Assembly (NCBI GenBank): GCA_963823435.1
Contig: CAWGLN010000009.1
Span: 132,560-196,559 of the forward strand
Length of the DNA stretch: 64,000 nucleotides
Direction: 5' to 3'
DNA from: an uncultured Gammaproteobacteria bacterium
GTDB taxonomy: Bacteria > Pseudomonadota > Gammaproteobacteria > Steroidobacterales > BM003
A program made the translations under genes and the position numbers. Positions 20,235-28,183 of this stretch are shown here, in pieces (the first letter of the stretch is position 1; each line of letters opens with the position of its first letter). The notes beneath the pieces are model-generated. The model saw only the letters and a list, made by a program, of their open reading frames with translations. It made no database searches and had not been told where the DNA came from.

Positions 20235-21356
20235 TTAAAACGCCTCGCCCACAGACAGGTACAGCGCGTCACTGTCCCCCGAACGGCCGTAATCCACACG
20301 AAGATTGATACGCTTGGTGGCAAGCACCATGTATCGAATTCCGACCCCATAGCTCGGGACAAGCTCCTGTTCGCGATAATCATTAAACGTGCTGGTAATG
20401 TATCCGGCGCCGCCAAATCCAACCAGCCCCCAGTGCTGATTAATTCGCCAACGAGCCTCGACCTGACCTGATGCCGATCCCTTGCCGATATGGTCGGTAA
20501 CCGAAAAACCGCGTAAATTGATCATGCACGCATCCCACAGGGGCACAGATCCCTCACGCCTGCAGCCGCGAAGTTCCCAACCCAGGATCCATGAGTCTGT
20601 CAGGGTATGGTAAGAACGAAACGCTGCATTGTAGGACTGGTAGTTCTTTTTGCTGCCAAACCTCTCGTCATTAAATAATGCGCTCACCTTCAGACTTTGC
20701 CCGGAATAAGTGTTGATCGGCATGTCCCGGGAATCGTATTCGAGTGATGCCCCTATGCCTGTCGAACGCACCGGTCCAATCTCAAAACCGCCATCGATTG
20801 TCCCGGAAAATTCCACGCTTTGTGTGGCGTTGACAGAGCGCCCGAAAACACCCAGGTACCAGTTCCCCATCACTCTCCTGGAAATGTTGGCGAGTACAAA
20901 AGTGCCTTCCACGCGCCAGTCGATACCTGGGACAACAGACGCCTCGCCCGGCGCCAGAAGCGAAAGCCTCAGGTCGGTAGCGCCAAGGGCGCCGGTGAAA
21001 CGCCACCTGTCCCGATTCCAGTAATTCTGCTGAACGACGGCCAGTCCCATGCTGTCATTATTTGTATACAAAGCAGCGGCCGCGGTAAGCGACGCAGGCT
21101 GAGCGCTTTTCTCTTGCTCGGTTTGCGGCCAGAAATACGCTCCACCCAGGATAAGTCCCGTGCCAATTGTGGGATTGGACATCGGGATTGGCACAGCAAC
21201 GAAATCGCCGGTCTCCACCACCAGCTCGCTGTCTTCTTCTCGAATGTCGGGCACCACTGACGGGCGGAGGTCAGGACCGCCCTCCTCCGCAAAAGAGACC
21301 GTTGAGAAAATGGCGCTCAACGCGGCCAGGATCAATGCCGGCCTCAAAATGTCCAC
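20235..21356 (-). CDS. Omp85/BamA-TamA-family outer-membrane beta-barrel (bacterial surface antigen domain) without POTRA domains
   Basis: Signal peptide MDILRPALILAALSAIFSTVSFA, a 373-aa barrel-like sequence, and a C-terminus ..RVDYGRSGDSDALYLSVGEAF typical of the D15/surface-antigen family. Confidence 0.7.
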   Translation of the reverse strand: MDILRPALILAALSAIFSTVSFAEEGGPDLRPSVVPDIREEDSELVVETGDFVAVPIPMSNPTIGTGLILGGAYFWPQTEQEKSAQPASLTAAAALYTNNDSMGLAVVQQNYWNRDRWRFTGALGATDLRLSLLAPGEASVVPGIDWRVEGTFVLANISRRVMGNWYLGVFGRSVNATQSVEFSGTIDGGFEIGPVRSTGIGASLEYDSRDMPINTYSGQSLKVSALFNDERFGSKKNYQSYNAAFRSYHTLTDSWILGWELRGCRREGSVPLWDACMINLRGFSVTDHIGKGSASGQVEARWRINQHWGLVGFGGAGYITSTFNDYREQELVPSYGVGIRYMVLATKRINLRVDYGRSGDSDALYLSVGEAF

Positions 21357-22375
21357 CCTAGCGAGGTAACGAAGCCAAAGTCATCGGTGGTATCCGAGCC
21401 CGACGGCGGATCACTGTCGTAGGTGTTGTAATAGCTCAGGTTCCAAAAAATATCCTTGTAAATTTCCCACTTCAGGGCAATGTCAAACTGTGAACGTACA
21501 CGACCGGACTCCGTGATACTCGGGTAGACATAGAGGCTGACATTAAGGTCGAGCTTCGGATTGTTGTATATATACCGCGAATAATCGACACCCAGCAGGC
21601 CTTCCAGGTTCTGCTGCGCTTTAGCGTCTCCCTGCAATCGCTCATCTGTGCCAACCAGACCGGCAAGCGTTCCCAATTCGGACTTATTGGTCTGTACCAA
21701 GAAACGCCCTATGGCCGCTTCAAGACTGGTTCGAACGTCAAGACCCAATTCGTCATTTCGCTCCAAACCCAGGGTATATGAGTTGTACCATCGGTCCGGA
21801 CGAAATCGCGTCATGCCGAAACTTGTATCTGCCCGGCGACTCGGATCTCCCTCCGCCGTGGTGGTAGTAATCGTACTTCCCTGCAGGTTGTAAGAGCGTA
21901 TTTCCGTCCTGTGGGTCGCGCTAAAGGCAAAATTGCCCTGGGCCACGTCACTTGCCTTGGTAAAACTGTAACCCATAGACAACGAGCCCTTGACGGCATC
22001 AAAAAAACTGTCTTCGATCTGTGAAATTCTGACGACATTGGTACCTTCAAAGGCCACGCTCTGCTGCATGTAACCCACAACAATCTTGCCCGGCTCTGCC
22101 GATTCCTGAATGCGCCCGGTGACACGTGTTCCGTCCGTTCTCTCAAATTGAAACGCATAATCGCTTTCGACCCGCACGACATCCGTCCACTCAATCTGGA
22201 CTTCGCCCATGTAATCAGTTTTCAGCTTCAACAGGCCGTGCTCGAGTGCCTTTATTTCACCGGTGATCTGGTTACCATTGGCAATCCAGACAATATCGGT
22301 CTTGTCCCTTGAAAAGGCGGGGGCGCTTGCAAGCAAACACAGGGACAGCGCAAAGATTATTATTCTTTTCATCAA
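21344..22375 (-). CDS. DUF481-family outer-membrane protein (YdiY-like)
   Basis: Signal peptide MMKRIIIFALSLCLLASAPAFS. The C-terminal part is ..YVYPSITESGRVRSQFDIALKWEIYKDIFWNLSYYNTYDSDPP...SLGWTF, as in DUF481 barrels. It overlaps the downstream Omp85-like gene by 13 nt. Confidence 0.65.
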   Translation of the reverse strand: MMKRIIIFALSLCLLASAPAFSRDKTDIVWIANGNQITGEIKALEHGLLKLKTDYMGEVQIEWTDVVRVESDYAFQFERTDGTRVTGRIQESAEPGKIVVGYMQQSVAFEGTNVVRISQIEDSFFDAVKGSLSMGYSFTKASDVAQGNFAFSATHRTEIRSYNLQGSTITTTTAEGDPSRRADTSFGMTRFRPDRWYNSYTLGLERNDELGLDVRTSLEAAIGRFLVQTNKSELGTLAGLVGTDERLQGDAKAQQNLEGLLGVDYSRYIYNNPKLDLNVSLYVYPSITESGRVRSQFDIALKWEIYKDIFWNLSYYNTYDSDPPSGSDTTDDFGFVTSLGWTF

Positions 22376-22920
22376 CCCAAGAATTCCTGCCGGACGAGGA
22401 AGAAGTGCGGCTCAATCCTGTTCAGATTACCAGACTCAGACCTGTCCCCGAACATCCGTTCCAGTGCTCCGGACGCGCACAAACCTTGACCAAAGCAGCA
22501 CTGGTCAACCCTGATCAATCGTCGAATTGTGCCACGAATCCCCAGCTGGCAATAGTAACTAGCGGCACTGCGCAGGTCACTGGAGCCGCAAACAGTGGCT
22601 TACCGTCACTCGCGCTCTACTGAAACCGTACACGTCGCAATGAATAGCGGGGCATCGCTTTATGACCGACGTGATGACGGCCCCTTGAGATAATTCCCCA
22701 AAAGACCAGTGGGACCCGGGGTTGGTACCCGGGCTATACGCGATCCAGGTCAACCGCAACTGCCGGCGCCAAGCATAACATTCTGATGTTCCGACAAACC
22801 CCTCGCGGGCATGGTGAGTAGTCACGCCCTGTGCCTACCGTTCAGGCGGGAGACCCGGGGTCAGAACTGCATTGGCTTCAAAACAGAACATTTCGACCCC
22901 GGGATTTTGATTCCCCGGTT

Positions 22921-23331
22921 CTATCTCTCGATGGTGTCGGCGATGGCCTGCTTGCAAGCTGCACCTACTTTCTCGGGCTGCTTGTCCAGGCACTCAAGAA
23001 TCCTGCCTTCGCCAGGCTCTACATCGCTGCAAAGAGTCTGGATCTCGGTCTTGCATTCCTGCGCCAGGTAGTTGATCGCCACCGAAATCTGCTCAAGCAA
23101 GCTGGCGGCCTGGTAGAAGGCATATTCACACTGACCTGAAATCTTGTCCTCGTGTGCCGCCATACAATGCAATATACGGCCTTCGCCGGGTGTTACCTGG
23201 CTGCAATACTGCTCTATGTCGCTTTGACACGCGGCGATCAGAGCATCCAAAAGAGGGGTTTCCTGTGCCAGGGCGTTGGAGCCGGCCAACACACTCATGG
23301 CGACGACAACTGACATCATTTTCTTTTTCAT
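22921..23331 (-). CDS. secreted cysteine-rich repeat protein (two C-x3-4-C..V.PGEGRI..C repeats)
   Basis: A signal peptide, then two internal repeats: CQSDIEQYCSQVTPGEGRILHCMAAHEDKISGQC and CKTEIQTLCSDVEPGEGRILECLDKQPEKVGAAC. This resembles the bacterial 'cysteine rich repeat' family. Confidence 0.65.
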   Translation of the reverse strand: MKKKMMSVVVAMSVLAGSNALAQETPLLDALIAACQSDIEQYCSQVTPGEGRILHCMAAHEDKISGQCEYAFYQAASLLEQISVAINYLAQECKTEIQTLCSDVEPGEGRILECLDKQPEKVGAACKQAIADTIER

Positions 23332-23909
23332 ATGGTTTTCCTTTTACCCGAGAATATTAATAGTTCCACGAACCTTCAGGCCAACAGGACACGAGTCGAA
23401 CTCGCGAGCCGCGCGTAAACGGGTCACGTACCGTGCTACCTACGCCTGAAGTCCAGATCAGCGGCATTGGAGTGATCAGCTGTTAACCCACTCCGTGGCA
23501 GCAAGAATACAACAGCCCCCTCGAAAGTCGAAACTGCGTTTCTGTAACCCGCAACTGTAGGCCTGGGCGCTGACCGATCACGAGGCGCGGAATTCAGCCA
23601 TTTGGGCTCCGATTCCGGGTAAGGCCGGCGGTCAATAGCTGCGGTGGAGCCGTAAAAAACGGCATCCAGGGGCCGGGTTAATCACCGGCAGGCTTCGTCA
23701 GACCCGGACCAAACACCAGCTGACTAGAAAAATACCGGAACACCGGCCGGAATACGGGCTAGAATCAGCATCTTCGAAGCGATTAGGTTTGGGGACTCAA
23801 GCTGGTCAAATGGCCGTACACAAGCGGGTAGTGGACACCCCTCGTGGGCAATGGTTTACCGCAGAAGGGCGCCTTCGATTATTTCGATGAACAAACAGGA
23901 AAATGCACC

Positions 23910-24782
23910 ATGAACACTCGTCGAAAAAGCACTAACTGGTTCAATCCAGGCCTTGGATCTCTGACAATTTTGATGGCGACCCTCTTTCTTGCAGGTGCGC
24001 CTGGTGCAAAGGCCGAATCTGGCAACTCGGGCGACGCCGACGAATTCCACCACTTTGGAATAAGCCTCGGCGCATTCGTGTTGAACCGGGACAGCCAGAC
24101 CCGTCTTGACGGGCAAACTCCCGGCAGCGGTACCGACATCGACCTCGAGGGCGATTTGGGGCTGGAGAAGAATGACACGGTTTTTCGTGTCGACGGATTC
24201 TATCGTTTCAACGAAAAGCACCAGCTTGTATTCAGTGTGTTTGATTTGTCCCGAAATGGTTCAAAGGTGCTTGACCGGACCATCGATTTCCTGGGCGAGG
24301 AATTCGTTATCAATACCCGGATCGACGCCAATTTTGACATGAATATTTACAAGATTGCCTACACCTACTCGGTCATCCAGAATGACAGTGGTTATCTTGG
24401 ATTGTCGGCGGGTTTTTATATAGCGGACATCGCGACAGGCATTTCCGCGACGCCACTTGACGGCGGACCGATTGAAGGCGCCGCGGCGAGTGAAAGTGTC
24501 ACCGCACCACTACCGGTGTTCGGTCTTAGAGGGCAGTATAATTTCTCTGAAAAATGGATGTTCCGCGGCAGCGCTGAACTTTTTGTATATGAATACGACG
24601 CATACAGTGGCTCTCTGTATGATTTTTATGCCGGCATAGATTATCAGTTATTCAAGAACATGGCAGTCGGCATTGGCTATAACAGCGTGCGATTTGATCT
24701 CGGCGTATCCGAAGAAAGGTTCAATGGCAATCTGGAATGGAATTACGACGGTGGGCTGATATTTTTCAAATTCGAATTTTGA
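23910..24782 (+). CDS. outer-membrane beta-barrel protein, family unknown
   Basis: Start at MNTRRK (AGGA-like SD upstream). Signal peptide ..LMATLFLAGAPGAKA. Amphipathic strand pattern with terminal ..GGLIFFKFEF. Confidence 0.6.
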   Translation: MNTRRKSTNWFNPGLGSLTILMATLFLAGAPGAKAESGNSGDADEFHHFGISLGAFVLNRDSQTRLDGQTPGSGTDIDLEGDLGLEKNDTVFRVDGFYRFNEKHQLVFSVFDLSRNGSKVLDRTIDFLGEEFVINTRIDANFDMNIYKIAYTYSVIQNDSGYLGLSAGFYIADIATGISATPLDGGPIEGAAASESVTAPLPVFGLRGQYNFSEKWMFRGSAELFVYEYDAYSGSLYDFYAGIDYQLFKNMAVGIGYNSVRFDLGVSEERFNGNLEWNYDGGLIFFKFEF

Positions 24783-24931
24783 GGCATCTGCATAAGCCCG
24801 AACCTGGGGAATCAGTAGGCGCACACGTGATGGCACTGCCGATCACGATCGCACGAACGCGGATAGGCTGATACCCATGAGCCTGAACCTGCGCCGCTAG
24901 GGCTTTGGTCAGCTATTAGCGGAGGTTAGGC

Positions 24932-25507
24932 ATGAAATTTATCAAATCAACACTCATCGGGGGTATCTTTTTTCTCATACCCGTTACCGTCCTGATGATG
25001 ATTCTTGGCAAGACCTTCGCATTTTTTGTGCAGCTGACCTTGCCATTAAAAGGATGGTGGCCGCTGGACCGGGTACTGGGCATTGCAGTAGCGAACCTAA
25101 TAGCAGTCGCCACCATAATCTTACTGTGTTTCCTGGCAGGTCTTTTTGCCCGCAGCAAAATCGCCGCCAAGTTTGTTGCCTCGCTTGAGTCTCGTTTTCT
25201 GGACAACATTCCGGGTTATACGTTCCTGAAGAGCATGACGGGGAGTGTGACGGGTATAGAACAGGAAGTATCAATGGCACCGATACTTGCAAGGTTCGAC
25301 GATGCGTCGCAGGTGGCTTTCAAAGTCGAGAGCCTGCCCGATGGAAGGGCGATTGTGTATATACCGGGGGCCCCCGACCCATTGTCAGGCTCTCTCTTTG
25401 TGATGGCAGCGGATCGTATCGAGCCGCTTGAATGTTCCTTTCAACAAGCCGTGAAAAATATCCGTGGACTGGGCGCCGGGTCGGATGAATTGCTTTCGGG
25501 CCACTAG
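24932..25507 (+). CDS. DUF502-family membrane protein
   Basis: MKFIKSTLIGGIFFLIPVTVLMMILGK.., a second TM segment, then ..IPGYTFLKS....VYIPGAPDPLSGSLF, as in DUF502 proteins. Confidence 0.7.
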   Translation: MKFIKSTLIGGIFFLIPVTVLMMILGKTFAFFVQLTLPLKGWWPLDRVLGIAVANLIAVATIILLCFLAGLFARSKIAAKFVASLESRFLDNIPGYTFLKSMTGSVTGIEQEVSMAPILARFDDASQVAFKVESLPDGRAIVYIPGAPDPLSGSLFVMAADRIEPLECSFQQAVKNIRGLGAGSDELLSGH

Positions 25508-25703
25508 TGCGACGCGCGGACAAGATAGCCTCCGCGCACTCCCTAGGGGGTGAGCCAACATGAGTTGGCGAGCCGAGGTCGCCGCCAGGTAGCCTAGACA
25601 ACGCGCAGGCAGCGCCGCTGCCGTGCCATCTCCTCAAGGGGCTGCCCTGCCACACAGGCCAGTCATTCCATTCGAGTGCCTGGCCAGGGCAGTTCAATTA
25701 CGT

Positions 25704-25733
25704 TTGCGCTTGCCCTCCCCACTCCACTACAAT
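25704..25733 (+). promoter_or_regulatory. candidate sigma70 promoter for the tRNA-like fragment + tRNA-Ser transcript
   Basis: TTGCGC (25704-25709), an 18-nt spacer, TACAAT (25728-25733), then a GC-rich discriminator (CCCCGCCCTCG), ending about 8-14 nt before 25748. No comparable promoter fits in the 18 nt between the fragment and the intact tRNA. Confidence 0.4.
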
Positions 25734-25747
25734 CCCCGCCCTCGACC

Positions 25748-25900
25748 GGAGAAGTGCCAGAGTGGTCGTATGGGCTTGACTCGACTAATCGCACCAGCGA
25801 TTTGGACGACCGAACGTAGTAAGGTCGCCCGAAGGGCGAGAATCACCCCAAGGTGATTCGAGTCAAATCAAGTGTACCGGCGCCGTCAGGCGCCTCGGTA
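25748..25900 (+). pseudogene. tRNA-Ser-derived 5' fragment (acceptor 5' strand, D-arm, anticodon stem, long variable arm; no T-arm or 3' acceptor) with an ~80-nt multi-hairpin insertion in the anticodon loop
   Basis: 25748-25784 matches the first 37 nt of the adjacent tRNA-Ser at 35/37 positions. 25865-25877 (AAATCAAGTGTAC) matches the 3' side of the anticodon stem. 25785-25864 is an insertion made of hairpins. The variable arm is TACCGGCGCC-GTCA-GGCGCCTCGGTA. Confidence 0.7.
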
Positions 25901-25918
25901 AAATGAGTTTGTAGAGTC

Positions 25919-26008
<90 letters not shown>

Positions 26009-26175
26009 CATAATGAACAAGGCCCCTTCCTGGGGCCTTTTTCATTATTCGGACAGGGTGCGTGGACGAACCCACTCGGGTTCGAACCGAGCACGGCTCC
26101 GCTGTGCGACAGATGTGCGATGCACGCCCGAAGGGTGAGCGCCATCGGCGCGAATCAATCCCACCCTCTCCGCCA
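26009..26175. repeat. repeat module A, ending in direct repeat 2 of the tRNA-Ser 3' end (26157-26175)
   Basis: AATCCCACCCTCTCCGCCA at 26157-26175 is 19/19 identical to 25990-26008. The module contains the terminator hairpin, a T-arm-like CTCGG-GTTCGAA-CCGAG element and a CGCCC-GAA-GGGTG + GCGCC-ATC-GGCGC hairpin pair. It is homologous to module B. Confidence 0.8.
26019..26045 (+). terminator. intrinsic terminator of tRNA-Ser
   Basis: AAGGCCCC-TTCCT-GGGGCCTT followed by TTT, 11 nt after the CCA end. Confidence 0.7.
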
Positions 26176-26217
26176 TATAGACACAAAGACACAGTGACGA
26201 AGCCTTCTCCATAATCT

Positions 26218-26430
26218 GAGCGGAATGGTCTCGCCTATTGACCAGAGCGGATCGGGACCAGCGGGTGAGGGAGTCTCGGGCTGTGGGTCCCACACGCTGA
26301 GGCGTTTGAAAGCGCGTTCGATGGCACCGGCATCGTCGATGAGTGCGATGATGCGCATGGCGCCGCCCCATTGGGTGCATGCGAGCGGATCGACCTGGTG
26401 AACTTTCTGAATCAGCCGGGCCCAGCTGGC
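26218..26430 (-). pseudogene. IS91-family (Y2/HUH rolling-circle) transposase, C-terminal remnant only
   Basis: ASWARLIQKVHQVDPLACTQWGGAMRIIALIDDAGAIERAFKRLSVWDPQPE..AGPDP matches the conserved C-terminal tail of IS91-family transposases, where the usual motif is CxxCGG. Here the second Cys reads W. There is no catalytic domain and no recognisable IS ends. Confidence 0.7.
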
Positions 26431-26570
26431 ATTGACTTGACACTGATTTGTCACTTACATTGGCTAAACGCAAGTCTCTTGCTTATTCGCCCGCAGGTTC
26501 TCCCCGCCGTATGGGCTAAACGTCCGTTCGGCAAGCGAACATCTTATAAAAATAATTAGAGGCCGCTGCG

Positions 26571-27443
26571 ATGCCCTGCAGAAAGTGTAACGATACGCGC
26601 ACCCATCACGGGCTTCCATGCGTCCATTGTATCGTGAACAAAGAAACCAGTGATCTGCGCAGATCACTGTACGGAGCAACGAAATGGCGTGTTGCCAGTG
26701 CAGCGCTCTTTGGCTTGGGCTCCGCGGAGCCCTATGCCAAGCTCGTGCTATCGAAGGCGAATGAGCTCAAGTCGTTGAGCCCTCCGAAACGGGCAGTATT
26801 GGCACAGGATATCCGCCGTTGTCTGCGATCTCTTTTCACGCTGGGTGGAACACCGCAGGCAAGGGTCCTTTGGGGCCTGCATACAATCGCGTTCAAAGCG
26901 ACCGAAAGCACAACTGGGGGAACGTCCTGGAAACCGGATCATTCCGGGGGGGCGGTCTACCTGGATAGCGTACGCTCTTGCGGGGCCAACGAGCGCTGGA
27001 CCTACGATGAGGTCATCGAAGGGCGCAAGGCGGATCATCGGGCCGCCATTCAGATGACGGAGGATGCAAGCGCCGGCAGACCCGCAGCGGTAAACCCGCT
27101 CAAACAATCACTGTTGCTGAGCGTTTTTCCCCAGGGCGGTGTCGGTGTAATGGTCGCCGTAGACGTTGTGATCGATGATCAAATGCTGGATGGCACCGAG
27201 TTCCGACTGGCTGACGAATGTTACCATCTTCCGCCTGGCGTCTCGTCGCTCGTCAGTCCCATGCGAGTCGGTGGCCACGGCCCCTGTGTCCACTGCGACG
27301 CGATAACGGCGTCCACGCGGCTGCAGCAATTCAGGGAGGCGTTCGACCGGGCTCGCGTCAAAGCTGAAGAGTCGAATACCTACAGAATGATCCGCGAGCT
27401 GAAAGAGTTGCACCAAAAGCTAACCGGGGATCTTGCGATCTAG
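26571..27443 (+). CDS. hypothetical protein (290 aa) with N-terminal CxxC-x12-CxxC and a C-terminal H-x2-C-x2-C motif; no family recognised
   Basis: It is the only long ORF between tRNA 3'-end repeats 2 and 3. It begins MPCRKCNDTRTHHGLPCVHC... and later has ...GGHGPCVHCD. An AT-rich stretch lies directly upstream (TTATAAAAATAATTAGAGG). Coding status is not proven. Confidence 0.45.
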   Translation: MPCRKCNDTRTHHGLPCVHCIVNKETSDLRRSLYGATKWRVASAALFGLGSAEPYAKLVLSKANELKSLSPPKRAVLAQDIRRCLRSLFTLGGTPQARVLWGLHTIAFKATESTTGGTSWKPDHSGGAVYLDSVRSCGANERWTYDEVIEGRKADHRAAIQMTEDASAGRPAAVNPLKQSLLLSVFPQGGVGVMVAVDVVIDDQMLDGTEFRLADECYHLPPGVSSLVSPMRVGGHGPCVHCDAITASTRLQQFREAFDRARVKAEESNTYRMIRELKELHQKLTGDLAI

Positions 27444-27568
27444 GAAGCATTCGAAACTGGCAGGTTCGTGTGCTGCAAACGAGCAATAGCTGACGGATTC
27501 CCCGTAAATTTCCCACAAAAGAGGGATACGGATCGGATTGACGGGAGAGCGGCGTCCGCACAGGACTC

Positions 27569-27765
27569 GCTCCACCGCCAAATAAATAAAAAGGTCCCTT
27601 CTGGGGCCTTTTTGTTTATCCGGGGTGTGGTGGCTCGATGAGAACCCATCGGTTCGACCAGCCACCGAAGGTGGCGCAGAACACGCAGCTCACATAATGA
27701 GCGAGCGGCCCGCTTGAGGGGTGAGCCGCCAAAGTCGACGAGTAATAATCCCACCCTCTCCGTCA
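27569..27765. repeat. repeat module B (diverged copy of module A), ending in direct repeat 3 of the tRNA-Ser 3' end (27747-27765)
   Basis: It begins with the CCA-terminated tail CTCCACCGCCA. It then has the terminator hairpin AAGGTCCC-TTCT-GGGGCCTT+TTT (27591-27617), GAACCCATCGGTTCGACC (module A has GAACCCACTCGGGTTCGAACC) and GAGGGGTGAGCC. It ends with AATCCCACCCTCTCCGTCA, 18/19 identical to the tRNA 3' end. Confidence 0.75.
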
Positions 27766-28183
27766 CCGAACTGCAGGCTGTCGGATATGGGTAAGCTACG
27801 ACCGGATTATGAGCGCTTCGTTGGGAGAATTGACGTTTCCCGACAACTCTTTGGTGGTTGCAGACAAGTTCAAAAACCTCGTCTCCGCGATAGTTACACA
27901 GAGGACGTAACGTATGTTGAAGTTCCTTAAAGAGTTCTTGGTAGGTGTGGGTCTTGCAGTGGTCAAGTTGGTCGTCTACCCCCTCAGAGTCATCTTTTGC
28001 CTCGTCTTCTTGCCAACAGAGCCTGGCCAAGAGTATATGTTTGCTCGAAAAGGAAGAAATCCATGAGCCTCGGTGAAAGTATATTTTAGTTTACAATAGT
28101 GTTGCTAGTTGCATTGGCTGTCTACTGGATTACCGGCATGAAAAAAGTGGCAGTCAGTCGGCAAGATCTTCTGGAGGTCTGCA

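Noticed and set aside
18053-23367. GGAACT motifs upstream of the ECF sigma gene (18053-18058) and of the Cys-rich protein gene (complement of 23362-23367) as evidence of a shared ECF promoter.
   Set aside because: A 6-mer is expected about 30 times by chance in the window. No convincing shared -10 element follows at 16-17 nt. The second site would also leave no room for the ribosome-binding site. It is kept only as something to test, not as a feature.
23341-23909. Checked the ORF-free region for tmRNA, RNase P RNA, 6S RNA and a ZTP (pfl) riboswitch (GGCCTGGGCG at ~23559).
   Set aside because: None of the diagnostic cores is present. These are the tmRNA GGGGCTGAT start with its tRNA-like CCA end, the RNase P GAGGAAAGTCC / ACAGAACCCGGCTTA boxes, and the ZTP GGGTCGTGAC...CCGCCTGGGC pair. 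Only generic hairpins remain.
25785-25864. Possibility that the insertion in the tRNA-like fragment is a self-splicing tRNA intron.
   Set aside because: About 80 nt is far below the size of group I introns (roughly 200 nt or more). I see no P7/P3-type conserved cores. The host 'tRNA' also lacks a T-arm and 3' acceptor strand, so splicing could not yield a functional tRNA.
26199-26210. CCTTCTCCA at 26201-26209 as the missing 3' acceptor strand (complement of GGAGAAG) of the tRNA-like fragment, suggesting a split tRNA.
   Set aside because: No T-arm precedes it. A 7-mer match is also expected several times by chance in 64 kb on two strands.
26045-26473. 142-aa minus-strand ORF overlapping module A and the IS91 remnant in another frame.
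   Set aside because: The IS91-like similarity is in the frame of ORF 26155..26454. This overlapping frame is Arg/His-rich with no motif.
27440-28030. 196-aa minus-strand ORF spanning repeat module B and the third tRNA 3'-end copy.
   Set aside because: It reads straight through the terminator hairpin and the att-like repeat. Only its first ~85 codons (27780-28030) lie in unique, AT-richer sequence with no recognisable family. At most this is a truncated relic, so I did not call it as a gene.
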